From Hydrolagus affinis (Eukaryota), in assembly GCA_012026655.1 (NCBI GenBank), contig JAAILG010006217.1, forward strand, positions 1 to 34,216: a DNA stretch of 34,216 nucleotides, written 5' to 3'. Of the stretch, positions 21,346-32,519 are shown piece by piece. Made by a program: the position numbers and the translations under genes. The notes beneath the pieces were generated by a model. It made no database searches. It worked only from the letters and a program-made list of their open reading frames with translations, and was not told the origin of the DNA. Each line of letters opens with the position of its first letter. Position 1 is the stretch's first letter.

Positions 21346-22479
21346 TCATTCCTCCTTATGCCGTATGCAACAATTCAGTTGTATGTGTGTGTGTGTTTGT
21401 ATGTGCGAGTGTGTGTGGGCCTGTGTCTGTGTGTGTATACAATGAGCTGCCTGATGTATTGGCTGTTTTCTATGAATCCCATAGGGTCCCTGCAATCCCC
21501 AGCTGAGACACACTGATAGAATAGGATTCGACAGCAGCAAATGTATTAAGTGGTTGTGGCCAGCTCCCAGCTCAGTCAGAGTATCATGTCACAAAATACC
21601 ACAGCGAGCATTTATTTTCACAGCCGCCAAGTCTCCGTCACTTTAAAACTCCTCGGCTTGGTGTTTCACTGATACGTTGAGCACATTGCAGCGGATCAGC
21701 CTGGCTCAGTCAGTACAGCAGAGTCAGACGGTGAATGGGTCGAGCCCCACCACAAAGGCTTGTCAGTCGAGCCTGACAATTCAGTGCTGTGCTGGGGGCA
21801 GAGCTGCAGTTACGCAAAGGCCTCGTGTGAAGCGATTTGAGACAACGTTCCCATGCGAAAGGCGCGGTTTCGAATGTACAGATTACCATTATTATGAACG
21901 TAGGTGAAGGCTTCCTTGATAACCTCTGGGATCCGTCAATAAACAGTCCAGTGTTAAATGTCCTGTTCGAAAACAGTTGCGACTGAGTTATCAAGAGCCA
22001 AGTCGGTGGCACCGACCTTCTGGTTTCTCTCCAATCTCATTAAAAAGTCCACCTCACGGGTCCTGCATTAAAACGGGACGAGGTGTCAATGAATCGTTCC
22101 AAAGGTTTCGAGCCTGGGATTTGTTGACTGGCTTCGGGTGCTACTTGTGAGTGTTGATCTGCACGCAATTAGTCAGGTCAAGTCACCTGCATTTCACAAA
22201 CCAGTGACTCTCATCGCCAGCAATAATTGTCAGCTGCCCGGCACATCAGCCTCTACTGCTCCTTCATTAACTAGAGGCTGGGCACGTACTTTGCTCTGGC
22301 ACTTATTGGGAGGGGATTAAACGGGAACTCGGTCCTGCGATGTAAAATTTAACAGATTTAAATCAAGCGTTAGTCAGGTTTGTGACAGAGAGAGTCCAAT
22401 GGCAATGAATAAAGCGCCCCTCGAGGTATAATTCATTCCTTCATTTGTTTCCATCTTATCCCAGTGTTGTGGAATTCTA

Positions 22480-22815
22480 TTGCTTTCATTTGGTGAGCTC
22501 TCCAGTTGGAATGACAGCTCAAAGCACTTCACTGGATATACTATGCAATGGCGTCCTTTTTTTCGCGTGGGTGAACACGGCAGCCAATTTGCACAGGGCA
22601 ATTGTGCACAAACAGTGAGTGGGTGAGTGAGTGAGTGAGTGAGTGAGGGAGGGAGGGAGGGAGGGAGGGAGGGAGGGAGGGATTTTACTTGGGAGATTGT
22701 TGGTCAAGACACCAAAGAAACTCTCTTCCTTTTCGAATAGAGCCACAGGATCTGTAATGACCACCCAACAGGTTTAACATCTCTTCCAAAGGATGGCACC
22801 TCCAACAAGGCAGGG
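22480..22815 (-). mobile_element. Deu-type SINE containing a (GAGT)n(GGGA)n microsatellite
   Basis: CAGCCAATTTGCACAG...[microsatellite 22614-22682]...GGTTTAACATCTCTTCCAAAGGATGGCACCTCC. Confidence 0.7.
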
Positions 22816-23234
22816 GAGAGAGTGTGCGTTCCACTCCAATAAATATTGCATTAAGTTCAATGTATAGGCAGGGTGCATGGAACTCTGTCTGGTTTGGATG
22901 ATGTTCAGCATTGTGAATGTTCCACGTGTGTCGGATACCCCGCTGACCAAATAAAAAGGGGTCCTGATACAGAGTTTAGGGTTGTGAAAGGATAAAATTG
23001 ATGCTAAAAGCTGTTTGAAGACACTATCCTGCATGAAGGGAGCTGGCTAAATGCAAGTTGTTTTTGTTTCCACTTGCTGATGAGTCCAAATCAAAGGGAA
23101 TATAATAATAATCCTTGCATTTGATATAGTGCCTGATCAAGTCGTTCAGACAACTCAAACCACTTCACAGAATATACAATGCTGTAAAGTGAATTGACTG
23201 CATATTTTGCGGGTGAAAAGTGAATATAAAATGA

Positions 23235-23395
23235 TAGCCAGTCATAGATATTTTAGAGGAACGTCTTCAGACAGAATGTGGTGAGAATGTGGAACTAACT
23301 CACTGGCACAAGCTGCGCTTGAAGCAACAAGCATCAATGTATTTATGAGAGAGCTTGATGCACACATGAAGGAGAAGGGAATAGAGGATTGTCAG
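23235..23395 (+). mobile_element. Degraded CR1 3' fragment
   Basis: CAGAATGTGGTGAGAATGTGGAAC...GAGAGAGCTTGATGCACACATGAAGGAG. Confidence 0.6.
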
Positions 23396-23974
23396 AGGCA
23401 AGAATGGCTGTCAACTGACCCCCCACCCCCCACCCACCACCGCTCATATTCAGCACTCAATCCTATAATAAGGAGGAAAGCAAACGCAAACATTGGCAGG
23501 CAGGCATTAGGCTCTCTGCTGGCACTTTGATGAATGTTGACTGGGCTGCTCAGTCAGATTGTAGAATGACCATTCTCCTAGCAGGAGAAGGTACAGTATA
23601 AAGCAGCAGAAGGAGGCCAATTTAGAGAGTACTCCACTTTAATCAACAAATTATGCAAGAAATGCTCGTGACAAGAATCGAATGGGAAACATAACAGCGC
23701 TGAGGAAACCTGCGAAGGCAGATGATGTAGAGGCATTTTTAAGAGTTCAATTTGTACCATGAATAAATTAGCATGACTCAGAACCACCCTTCAGCTCTAA
23801 AAGATGTGTTCCTGAGCTATTTCTTCAAAGTAAGGTCATTCAATGCTTTTTCAATCGTAAATTATATTGAGTATCCCCAGGAACTGTGGAAAATGTGCTT
23901 TTAAGCTGTGAGGGTGCATTGACAAAGCACACTTAAAACGGGCTTGATTTACAATGCATTACCTGTGTCTCTTA

Positions 23975-24225
23975 ATAATGATAGTAATCCTTTCATTTGA
24001 TATGTGCCTTCCAAGTGAAAAAGAAGAATGTCTCAAAGCCCTTGACAGATTTACTGTGAAGTGTAGTGACTGTGTATTTTGAGGAATGATCAAACTTTCT
24101 CTGGGGATTGTTGGCCGGGACACCGGGAGAGAGAAACTCCAATCTCTTTCCAAATAGTGCCATGGCATCATTAACGTCCACTTGAATAGGCAGTCAGAAC
24201 CTCGGTTTAATATCTCATCCAAAGG
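23975..24225 (-). mobile_element. Deu-type SINE fragment
   Basis: AATAGTGCCATGGCATC...CCTCGGTTTAATATCTCATCCAAAGGA. Confidence 0.65.
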
Positions 24226-24319
24226 AATGGGGCATCGGCATTAAAAGATCATTCAAGCTCTAATCAATTGGTGGAACTGGCTCGGGGGGCTGATTGACCT
24301 CCTCCTGTTCCTGTTTCCA

Positions 24320-24505
24320 TTTGTTCCTGCTGGAATGGTTTAGGTCCTATCTTTCACACCATCTCCACTTTGTGTCTGCCAATGGCTTTTCCGCCCAACG
24401 CAGTCTTGTGCAGTGTTCCTCAGGGCTCTGTCTTTGGACCCCCTCCTCTTCATCCTCCACATGCTCCCCCTCAGTGACATGATCCACAGAAATGGGGTCA
24501 ATTTC
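24320..24505 (+). mobile_element. L2 reverse-transcriptase core fragment, frameshifted
   Basis: LEWFRSYLS...; (V)PQGSVFGPLLFILHMLPLSDMIH across frames. Confidence 0.75.
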
Positions 24506-24901
24506 CTTTTGAAATTCAAATTTGAAAGGCACTCTGTAAGAGTAATTATGTTGTTGTTGTTGTTGTTGTTGTTCCAATGTACTCCCAGCTTCTAATATGG
24601 AATTTTTGTATCACTACCGTCTACATACAAAACTGCAAATCACCGATATCAGTAACCAGCCCAGCAAATTGTCTCATTCTTAAGGCCACCGAAACCTTGG
24701 CAAAGGGTTGGTGATCTACTGGAGAAATCTGGTCAAGACGGTGAGGAGGCGTCCTGGCCAACAATCTCCCGAATAAAATTGATCATTTCCCTTCAAGGCT
24801 GTTTTTGGGACGTCCAGAAATGGACTGCTGAGTTGAAGTATAAATACACAGTCACTTTACAGTAAAATCCTGGGAAGCGCTTTGAGACATCCTCCTGATA
24901 T

Positions 24902-25055
24902 CACAGCTAAAGACCTTTCTCTTTGACCGCGCCTTTGGTCGCCTTTCTACCCCTGCCCCTGGCTCGGTCCTGGGATCCACTATTGTGAAGCGCTCTGAGA
25001 CGCCGTCCGGCGTGGAGGGCGCTATATAAATTGAAGTAGTTGTTGTTGTTGTTGT
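24902..25055 (+). mobile_element. 5'-truncated L2 3' end inserted in a SINE tail
   Basis: Same family as 20952-21215, with a (GTT)n tail. Flanks TGATAT and TGACAT. Confidence 0.85.
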
Positions 25056-25116
25056 TGACATGAAAGCAATATATCAAATGCAAAGATTCTTATTAGTATT
25101 GAATTATGGAGCGTGG

Positions 25117-25421
25117 AGTCCTGTAGCTTGGCAGTTAGAGAACTCGACTTGCAAGACCTGGGTTTGATTCCAGGCAGGGTGAAACTTTGGGCAAGTTACC
25201 TTACTCCACACACCTATTAATAATCCCTCAAAAAGAACTATAATAAATTAATCATGGCAATCCACGACTGTTTGTGCAACACTGCTGTGTGCAATTGGCT
25301 GCCGCGTTTCACTCGCAAATATAGTCAATTTACTTTACAGTATTTTCTGTGAAGCGCTTTGAGACGTCTAGAAGATGTGAAAAGCGCTATATCAAATGCA
25401 AGGATTGCTATCATTATTATT
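25117..25421 (+). mobile_element. Full-length tRNA-derived SINE, short form
   Basis: AGTCCTGTAGCT head through to TCAAATGCAAGGATT tail. Confidence 0.9.
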
Positions 25422-25674
25422 TAACAGGAGACTTCTGTATCATTTCAGGAGCTAAATCACCGACTGTCCTATCCATTTTCTAATAGAGTGGAATGAATGT
25501 TCACTCATGTTAACTCACCCGACCCCGTGGTATTAAACGTATGATCAGGAATTGGCTGCCCAATAAGCCATTTCTTTAACTGTAGCACACTCTGGTGGTC
25601 AAGAGAGAACATACAGTTTTCCCTCTGAAGAGACTGAAGGGTTTGATTCCCTGGCTCTATTTATATAATAATAT

Positions 25675-25990
25675 TAATAATAATAATAAATCTTGCGTTT
25701 GATATAGAGCCCTATGTCATCAAGACATCTCAAAGCACTTTTGAAGATATACTTTGTGTATATACTATGTGTATTTTGTGGGTAAACACTGCAGTCAATT
25801 TGCACACAAGTTTATTCAGGAGATTGTTAGCCACGACACAGGGAGAAACTTCCTTTTCTATTCGAATAGTGCCGTGAGATCGTCAACATTCAGTTGATCA
25901 GGCATTGAGGATTTAGGTTTAATGTCTCATCGATAGGACAGAGCCTCCAACAATGCAGCGTTCCCTCAGCTTTGCACTGAATTAGACAAC
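25675..25990 (-). mobile_element. Deu-type SINE
   Basis: Tail plus GAATAGTGCCGTGAGATC...GGTTTAATGTCTCATCGATAGGACAGAGCCTCCAACAATGCAGCGTTCCCTCAGC. Confidence 0.7.
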
Positions 25991-26223
25991 TTAGACAACA
26001 GGAGTTTGAACTTCCGACACGGGGCTCCATCTATCAATCCATCACAGTGGTGTCTGACTGTCCGCAGGCTCACCAGTTACTGGTGTTATAGTTGGATGAA
26101 GCTCCCCAGAAAATCCAGAGTGTCACATCTTCATTCGGATCAAGTCCTTCAAAGGTGGCAAACTTAGCAAACATTAATTCCCAGCCAACAGCATCCAGCA
26201 TCTCCACTCTCTGCAACTTGTGC

Positions 26224-26345
26224 AGTCCTGTAGCTCAGTGGTTAGAGCACTTGCCTCACAAGCAAGAGGACCTGGGTTTGATTCCCGGCAGGGCGGACGT
26301 GATAGGGAGCAATATTAATTGCAAGGATTGTTATTGTGTTATTAT
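26224..26345 (+). mobile_element. Mini-SINE: tRNA-like head joined directly to the tail
   Basis: Foldable cloverleaf at 26224-26296 followed by a tail-like TTGCAAGGATTGTTATT, with no body. Confidence 0.65.
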
Positions 26346-26605
26346 AACTCGCAGTTCATCTCCCTGCTCCGATCTCTCTGTCTAAACTCACCACCCCACC
26401 CCCACCCTCACCTCCATAGCCCTGAACCTGTGCTCTCTTGCATCTGAAAATATTGTTATGTGTTTAACTGGACCAGGTGTCAACCTTGACCAGGTAAACC
26501 TTACACAGAAGGTTGTGGGACCAAGCCCCTTTTCAGGGCTTTGAGCTCACAGTCTGTGCTGACACTCCAGTACAGTGCTGGTGGCACAAAGATTGTTAGA
26601 GGTGG

Positions 26606-27624
26606 CATAAGACCATAAGACCATAAGAATTAGGAGCAGGAGTAGGCCATTCGGCCCCTCGAGCCTACCCCGCCATTCAGTAAGTTCATGGCTGATTTTC
26701 TGACCTAACTCTAATTACCTGCCCTATCCCTATATCCCCTAATCCCTCTATTTTTAAAAAAAATCTATCAGTCTCAGCCTTGAAAATGTTCAGGGACTGC
26801 GCATCCACTGCCTTCTGGGGTAGTGAATTCCATAAATTCACTACCCTCTGAGTGAAGAAATGTTTCCTCAACTCCGTTCTAAAAGGCTGACCCTTAATTT
26901 TAAGACTGTGACCCCTGGTTATAGATTCTCCTACCAGGGGAAACAGTTCCTCAGTATCTACTTTATCTAGCCCTTTAAGAATCTTATATGTTTCAATAAG
27001 ATTCCCCCTAATTCTTCTGTACTCTAGAGAGTACAGCCCTAGTTTATTCAACCTATCCTCATAGGTCAGTCCCCTCATCCCAGGAGCTAACCCAGTGAAT
27101 CTATGCTGCACCCCATCTAAGGCAAGTATGTCCTTTTTTAAATAAGGAGACCAAAACTGCACACAATAGTCCAAGTGCGGTCTAACCAAGGCCCTATATA
27201 TTGTACTCTAAACCTTTTGAAATGAACGCTAGCATGCCGTTCGCCTTCTTAGCTGCTTGCTGCACCTGCAAACTAACTTTTTGAGACTGGTGCACAAGGA
27301 CACCCAAATCCCTTTGAATACTAACACTATCTAAGCTCTCCCCCTCTAGAAAATAATCCATTTTTTTATTTTTGTTACCTTGGTAAATAATTTCACACTT
27401 CCCCACATTAAATTCCATCTGCCACCTACCTGCCCACTCCCCTAGCCTATCTATATCTTGTTGCAATCTTTTTGCATCATCCTCACAGCTGACTCTCCTA
27501 CCTAGTTTAGTGTCATCCGTGAATTTAGACACGTTACATTCAATGTCCTCGTCTAGATCAGTGATGTAAATTGTAAATAGCTGAGGCCCAAGCACTGATC
27601 CTTGTGGCACTCCACTAGTTACAT
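26606..27624 (-). mobile_element. 5'-truncated CR1 LINE (RT C-terminal half plus tail) inserted in a Deu-SINE
   Basis: PQGSVLGPQLF, FTDDTKLG, FNVGKC, RPHLDYCVQFWSP, FFTQRVVNLWNSLP; one frameshift near 27190; (CTTATGGT)n tail. Deu-SINE halves at ~26500-26605 and ~27625-27880. Confidence 0.95.
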
Positions 27625-28624
27625 CATACCTTCGGATGATTTATTAAATTAAGGCCTGTCTACCTTTTTCAGGTAGAAGTTAAGAGATTCCATGATACTA
27701 CACAAAAAGAGAAGAGAGTTTCTCTCTCCTGGTATCCTGGCCAAATAATTGCCAAGATAAAACTTGGTCACTCGATTCATAAATTTGGGGACGTTTCTCT
27801 ATGTAAATTTGCTCCCACATTCTACTCCAAAATACAGTGTGAAGCTGTACTTTACAGTAAGACCTTTGAAGCACTATACAATGTCCTCAAAATGTACCCC
27901 ACCCCCGAACCCCCCACCATTCGGGTCCAAATCCCTGACTGTCCAACGCATTGGGCTTCCCTGACATGAAATGCACCACACAAATGTATTGTATAATTTT
28001 GTATTGTAAGGTCAGAAAACCTCGTAACATTTATACAGCCTACACACTTGACTTAACCTAATCCAGATGTTTACTTTAGTTTATATCCAGTATATACATT
28101 AACATAATATCCTGGGAAGCACTTTGAGACTATAACAATTTACATTTGTATAGCACCTTTCACATCAGGGGAATTCCCCAATGGTTTCAACAGCGTAATA
28201 AGGTGTTATATCAAATGCACGTACGATTATTATTATTTCACATTTGGTACTTCATGAGGAACTAGAGCTCAGTTGATAGCTCTCTGCCACGATTTGCTGT
28301 GCCTCATTGGTTTGCAATCCAATCTCAGTCCACTGATCCCATATTGAGTCAATAAGCCATTAATATTATCCAGCCAGGCGTGAGCAACGGCAATGAGCTG
28401 GCAAGCAAGTCTTGCTACAATGAGCTGGCAGGCAAGCCCTGCCCTGCTAAGCCCACCTCTGTTGCTTCAGTAATGATCTGTCAGGACTCAGTATTTCTCC
28501 CATCTGTTAAGCACGCTGCAGTTCGATGTCACCCGAACAAAACAGTTTACAAAGTGGCAACTGCCTAACGCTGTCTTCACTTCATGTCTTGTGAGGAATC
28601 TTTTATTCCTGCTCTTCAGATGAT

Positions 28625-28810
28625 TATCAACCTAGCTCAATTGATCATATGTTCACTTCTGAGTCACAATGATGTGGGTTCAAGCACCAAGTTGGGACTT
28701 TGAATCCACATAGTCCAGGCTGACATTCCATTCTATGCTGTCCAAGGATCTTTGGATGAGATATTAAACCTGTTCATGTGGGCATTAAAGATCCTATGGA
28801 ACTACAGTAT
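28625..28810 (+). mobile_element. Deu-type SINE 5' part
   Basis: CTTCTGAGTCAC...GTGGGTTCAAG...GGCTGACATTCCA...GATGAGATATTAAACC...TAAAGATCCTATGG. Confidence 0.6.
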
Positions 28811-29039
28811 TCAAAATCAGATGACATTCACCTACAAAACACACAATCGCTACAATTTAGAGAAACACTCTTTTAAGCTCTTTGAAATCCACTGAGATGA
28901 AAGTCTTCTGCCAACGTATTATATTTCGTGGGCCAAATATCTTCTCACAATACACAATACAGCCTCTACCGCGTTTATACCAAGTCGGGAAGAGAGCAGT
29001 AAGTGAAATGAGCAGCGGTAATCATGTATAACTATATTT

Positions 29040-29230
29040 CGTTGGCAGGCAATTGTGCATAGCAGTATCCCACAAACCGTTGTGGATTGAGTGAGCAAAT
29101 TATATGTATTATTTTGAGGGATTATTATCCCCAGAAAGCAAACCGCCAATCATCTATCAGGTTCCTACTTACTGCTAGGTAAACAGAGTAAGGAAACTGC
29201 CTTAGGTTTCTCCCTGCCTGGGAATCAACT
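29040..29230 (-). mobile_element. Long-form SINE fragment
   Basis: GGTTCCTACTTACTGCTAGGTAAACAGAGTAAGGAAAC is the reverse complement of the long-form central segment. Confidence 0.7.
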
Positions 29231-29344
29231 TATCCCGTATTCAGTCCCATTATTATATTACAGTATATTGTTTAATTGACCCATACAAACTGGGAAGCTC
29301 CCAGTTTCACATCCTGTGAGTGGACTGAGTTAGTTGATGTGACT

Positions 29345-29664
29345 TAATAATAAATAATATTATAATAATCTTTGCATTTGATATAACACTTTTCAGGTCT
29401 TCTCGACGTCTCAAGGCAGTTCACAGAATGTACTGCAAAGTGAATTGACTGTATACGTGTGGGAAAAACATGGCAGCCAATTGAGTACAGAAGTGTCCCA
29501 CAAACAATCGTGGATTGAGTGACCACATTTTATTTATTTCCTTGAGGGATTATTATCAGGCATGTGTAGTAAGGAGACTTGCCTAAGATTCTGCCCTGCC
29601 GGGAATCAAACCCAAGGCTCTCGCTTGCGAGTTGAGTGCTCTAAGTACTGAGCTACAAGAGTCC
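29345..29664 (-). mobile_element. Full-length tRNA-derived SINE, short form
   Basis: Tail to head, collinear with the family. Confidence 0.88.
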
Positions 29665-30429
29665 ATGTGGACAGGAATCAGCTTTAACTGCCTGGGTTGG
29701 AGAGGGGAGTGGGAGAAAGAGAGAGAGAGTTTAAACAGGTTTCCTGCTCCAGACTTCAATCGAGCTCCCTTGCTCCTGGAACAACACAGACCAGGAATCC
29801 AACTCAACACATAAACGTCCAGTCTGTCTGTGCAGCTCAACACTGTACTGGGGCAGTGGATTCATCAACTCACATATAACAATGAGCTATTATTGATTAT
29901 GTAACACCCAGTGGGTAGACACCAGCTACTGTCATCTCTAGGAATAAACTATCTCAGACTCGCTGACTAAGGAATCTGGATACCAAGTGGTACTGGCTGC
30001 TGAGTTGGCGAACGCCATCACACAACAGACCGTCCCTGACTGCTCTATCCAAATGTTTGTTCAATGTTGTGACTCCATCTGCTGCTCACTCCATGGGGAC
30101 GTGTAAAGCCAGTGGTAACCAGCACCCTATCAAAGTCTGGTGTCTTTCAGCGCATCCTAACCATATGGAGGCATGATAAACCCTCGCTGTCACACAGTGA
30201 CATTGCCATGAAACGCTCTACGAATGCCAATCAAATGTGTGATGTGTGAGTCTAGATAGATCAATATTATCTTGTGTCTGTGGCCATGACTGTGTGTGTG
30301 TGTGTGTGTGTGTTTACGCTAACTGAGCATAAATGTTTATACCTGTGTACAGTGTGTGTGTGTGACGCTTTGGGACGTCCTCCCGACGTGAAAGGCGCTA
30401 TATAAGTGCAATTTGTTGTTGTTGCTGTT

Positions 30430-30720
30430 GTGTGTACATGTGTGTATGTGTGTGTCTGGGTATGTGTGCATGAGTGTGAATGTGTGTGGGCCTGGATGTA
30501 TACTTATGCATTTGCATTATAGGTGGAATGTGTGAGCATGGGTGTGGATGTGTGTGAGGACATGTACATGTGCATGGATGTTGCCACATTGGCGTTGTGT
30601 GTGTGAGTGATTGTGTGTGTGTCTATGTGTGTGTGTGTTTGTGTGCATATGTACGAATGTCTGCTCCTGTAATTCAATATTTGTGTGTGCAGCATCTGTG
30701 TGCTGGATGCTTTCAGGCAT
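30430..30720. repeat. Degenerate (GT)-rich low-complexity tract
   Basis: Imperfect TGTG/TATG repeats. Confidence 0.75.
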
Positions 30721-30752
30721 GCATGCTACAAATAATGATAAAATACTACTAC

Positions 30753-31045
30753 TAATAATAATACGTGCATTTGATATAGCACTTTTCACGTCTTCTAGAC
30801 ATCTCAAAGTACTTCACAGAATGGACTGTAAAGTGAATTCACTGTATATTTGTGGGCGAAACGCGGCAGCCAATTGCGCACAGCAGTGTCCCACAAACAT
30901 GGACACTGGATTGAAGTGACCAAATCATTATTGCTTTTTCCTTAAGGCATTATTATCAGGCGTGTGGAGTAAGGAAACTTGTCCAAGGTTTCTCCCTTCT
31001 GGGAATCAAACCCAGGTCTCTCGCTTGCTGGGTGATTGCTCTAAC
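30753..31045 (-). mobile_element. Near full-length SINE, short form
   Basis: Tail to head, collinear with the family. Confidence 0.9.
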
Positions 31046-31226
31046 AAGAAATAAATAAGATGAGCAAAAACACAAGATTGCCTTTTTTTGCAGAATACAC
31101 GTGTGTTGCAAGCAATATGTTCTGTGCATATTGTGTCAGCACTTGCGTGCTTCACTTCAAGAACTACATGATTTCAGAATGGTTATATTTCTTAGAATAA
31201 TTTATTTTAGTTCAGTTCACTTGCGG

Positions 31227-31498
31227 ATCATAGAATCATATAGCACAGAAGGAAGCTCATCGTGTCTGCGCCGGCTCTGAAAACAGCTGTCTAACTCAAT
31301 CCCACTGGCCCACTTTCTCTCCATTGCCCTGCAAACTTGTCCTCCCCAAATATCCATCTACTTCTCTCTTAAAAGTTGTTCTTAAGTCGGCTTCCACTAC
31401 CCTTTCAGGTAATGCATTCCAAATACAAACTACTCGCTGGGTGAAAACATTTTTCCTAACCTCCCCCTGTTTCTTTTAACAAATATTTTAAATCAGTG
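31227..31498 (-). mobile_element. CR1 3' end
   Basis: ATCATAGAATCAT tail, CACAGAAGG, TTCCACTACCCTTTCAGGTAATGCATTCCA. Confidence 0.8.
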
Positions 31499-31800
31499 AT
31501 AATAGTAATAATCCTTGCATTTGATTTGCGCTTTTCATGTCTTCTAGACGTTTCAAAGCGCTTCACAGAATATACTGTAAAATGAATTGACTATATTTGT
31601 GGGCGAAATGCAGCAGCCAATTGAGCACAGCAATGTCCCATAAACAGTCATGGATTGAAAATGACCACTTTTTTTTAAGGATTATTATTAGGCATGTGGA
31701 GTAAGGAAACTTGCCTAAGGTTTTGCCTTGACCTGCCTGGATTCGAACACAGGTCTCACACTTGTAAGGCGAGTGCTATAACAACTGAGCTCCAGGAGCT
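31499..31800 (-). mobile_element. Full-length tRNA-derived SINE, short form
   Basis: Tail to head, collinear with the family. Confidence 0.9.
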
Positions 31801-32317
31801 CCAGTAATTCACTTACAAGTTGTTTGAAGGACATAGCTGTCACATTTTCCTACAAAATACTCAGTAGTCTTTATATAAGAAGGCATCAATTTAAGATAAT
31901 TAGTAAATGACTAAATGTCGAGGTTGGGAGAAATGTTTTGATGTAAAGGGTAGTCAGGATATGGCATGTCCTGACAGGAGGCGATGTTTGAGGCAGATTG
32001 GCCTACAAGAGGGACAGATACTTTAAAAAGAGTCAGCTCAGGGTTGTGGGGAAAGGTCAGGTAAATAGGACTGAAAGCATCCTGAGGGAGCTGAAACAAT
32101 GGCCTTTTTCTGCGGGGTAAATTTCTACGATTTCTTTTTAATTCCTACAAAGACAGTTGCTTCAAGTAAATTCCTGTGAAGTGCCTTTGAGACCTCCTCC
32201 TGACATGAAAGGTGCTTTGTCAAGAGTAAGGATTATTTGAATCATGCAGCCATGCCTGTACTTGCATCCACATGCTTCTGCTCACTGACCCAAATGCTGG
32301 TGACCGCTATGTCTGAG

Positions 32318-32459
32318 TTGAATTCTGACAAAGGGTCGTGAACCCGAAACATTGACTCACTTTTCCTTTCTCCATAGATGCTGCCTGACCTGCTGAGTGT
32401 TCCCAGTAACTTCTGTTTTTGCTACAGATTTCAGGCATCTGAAAGTATTTTGCGTTTTT
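32318..32459 (+). mobile_element. Penelope-like terminal-repeat remnant with a degenerate hammerhead ribozyme motif
   Basis: CTGACAA-A-GGGT-CGTGA-ACCC-GAAAC followed by CCATAGATGCTGCCTGACCTGCTGAG. I recognise this as a common chondrichthyan Penelope-type end from memory, not from a search. Confidence 0.6.
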
Positions 32460-32519
32460 CTTCTTCACTATGTCTTATCTTCTCTCTGACCTAAATGATA
32501 GTGACAAGAGCCTGAACTG

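Noticed and set aside
28391-28436. 19-bp direct repeat CAATGAGCTGGCA(A/G)GCAAG with 27-bp period
   Set aside because: Only two units, consistent with ordinary slippage. No further structure.
1337-31800. tRNA genes at the many GCTCAGTGGTTAGAGC...GTTCGAATCC motifs
   Set aside because: Each is the head of a SINE copy, with variable anticodon loops and broken stems or boxes.
1337-31800. CRISPR-like or regularly spaced repeat array
   Set aside because: The recurring ~300-bp units are irregularly spaced, in both orientations and diverged. They are interspersed SINEs.
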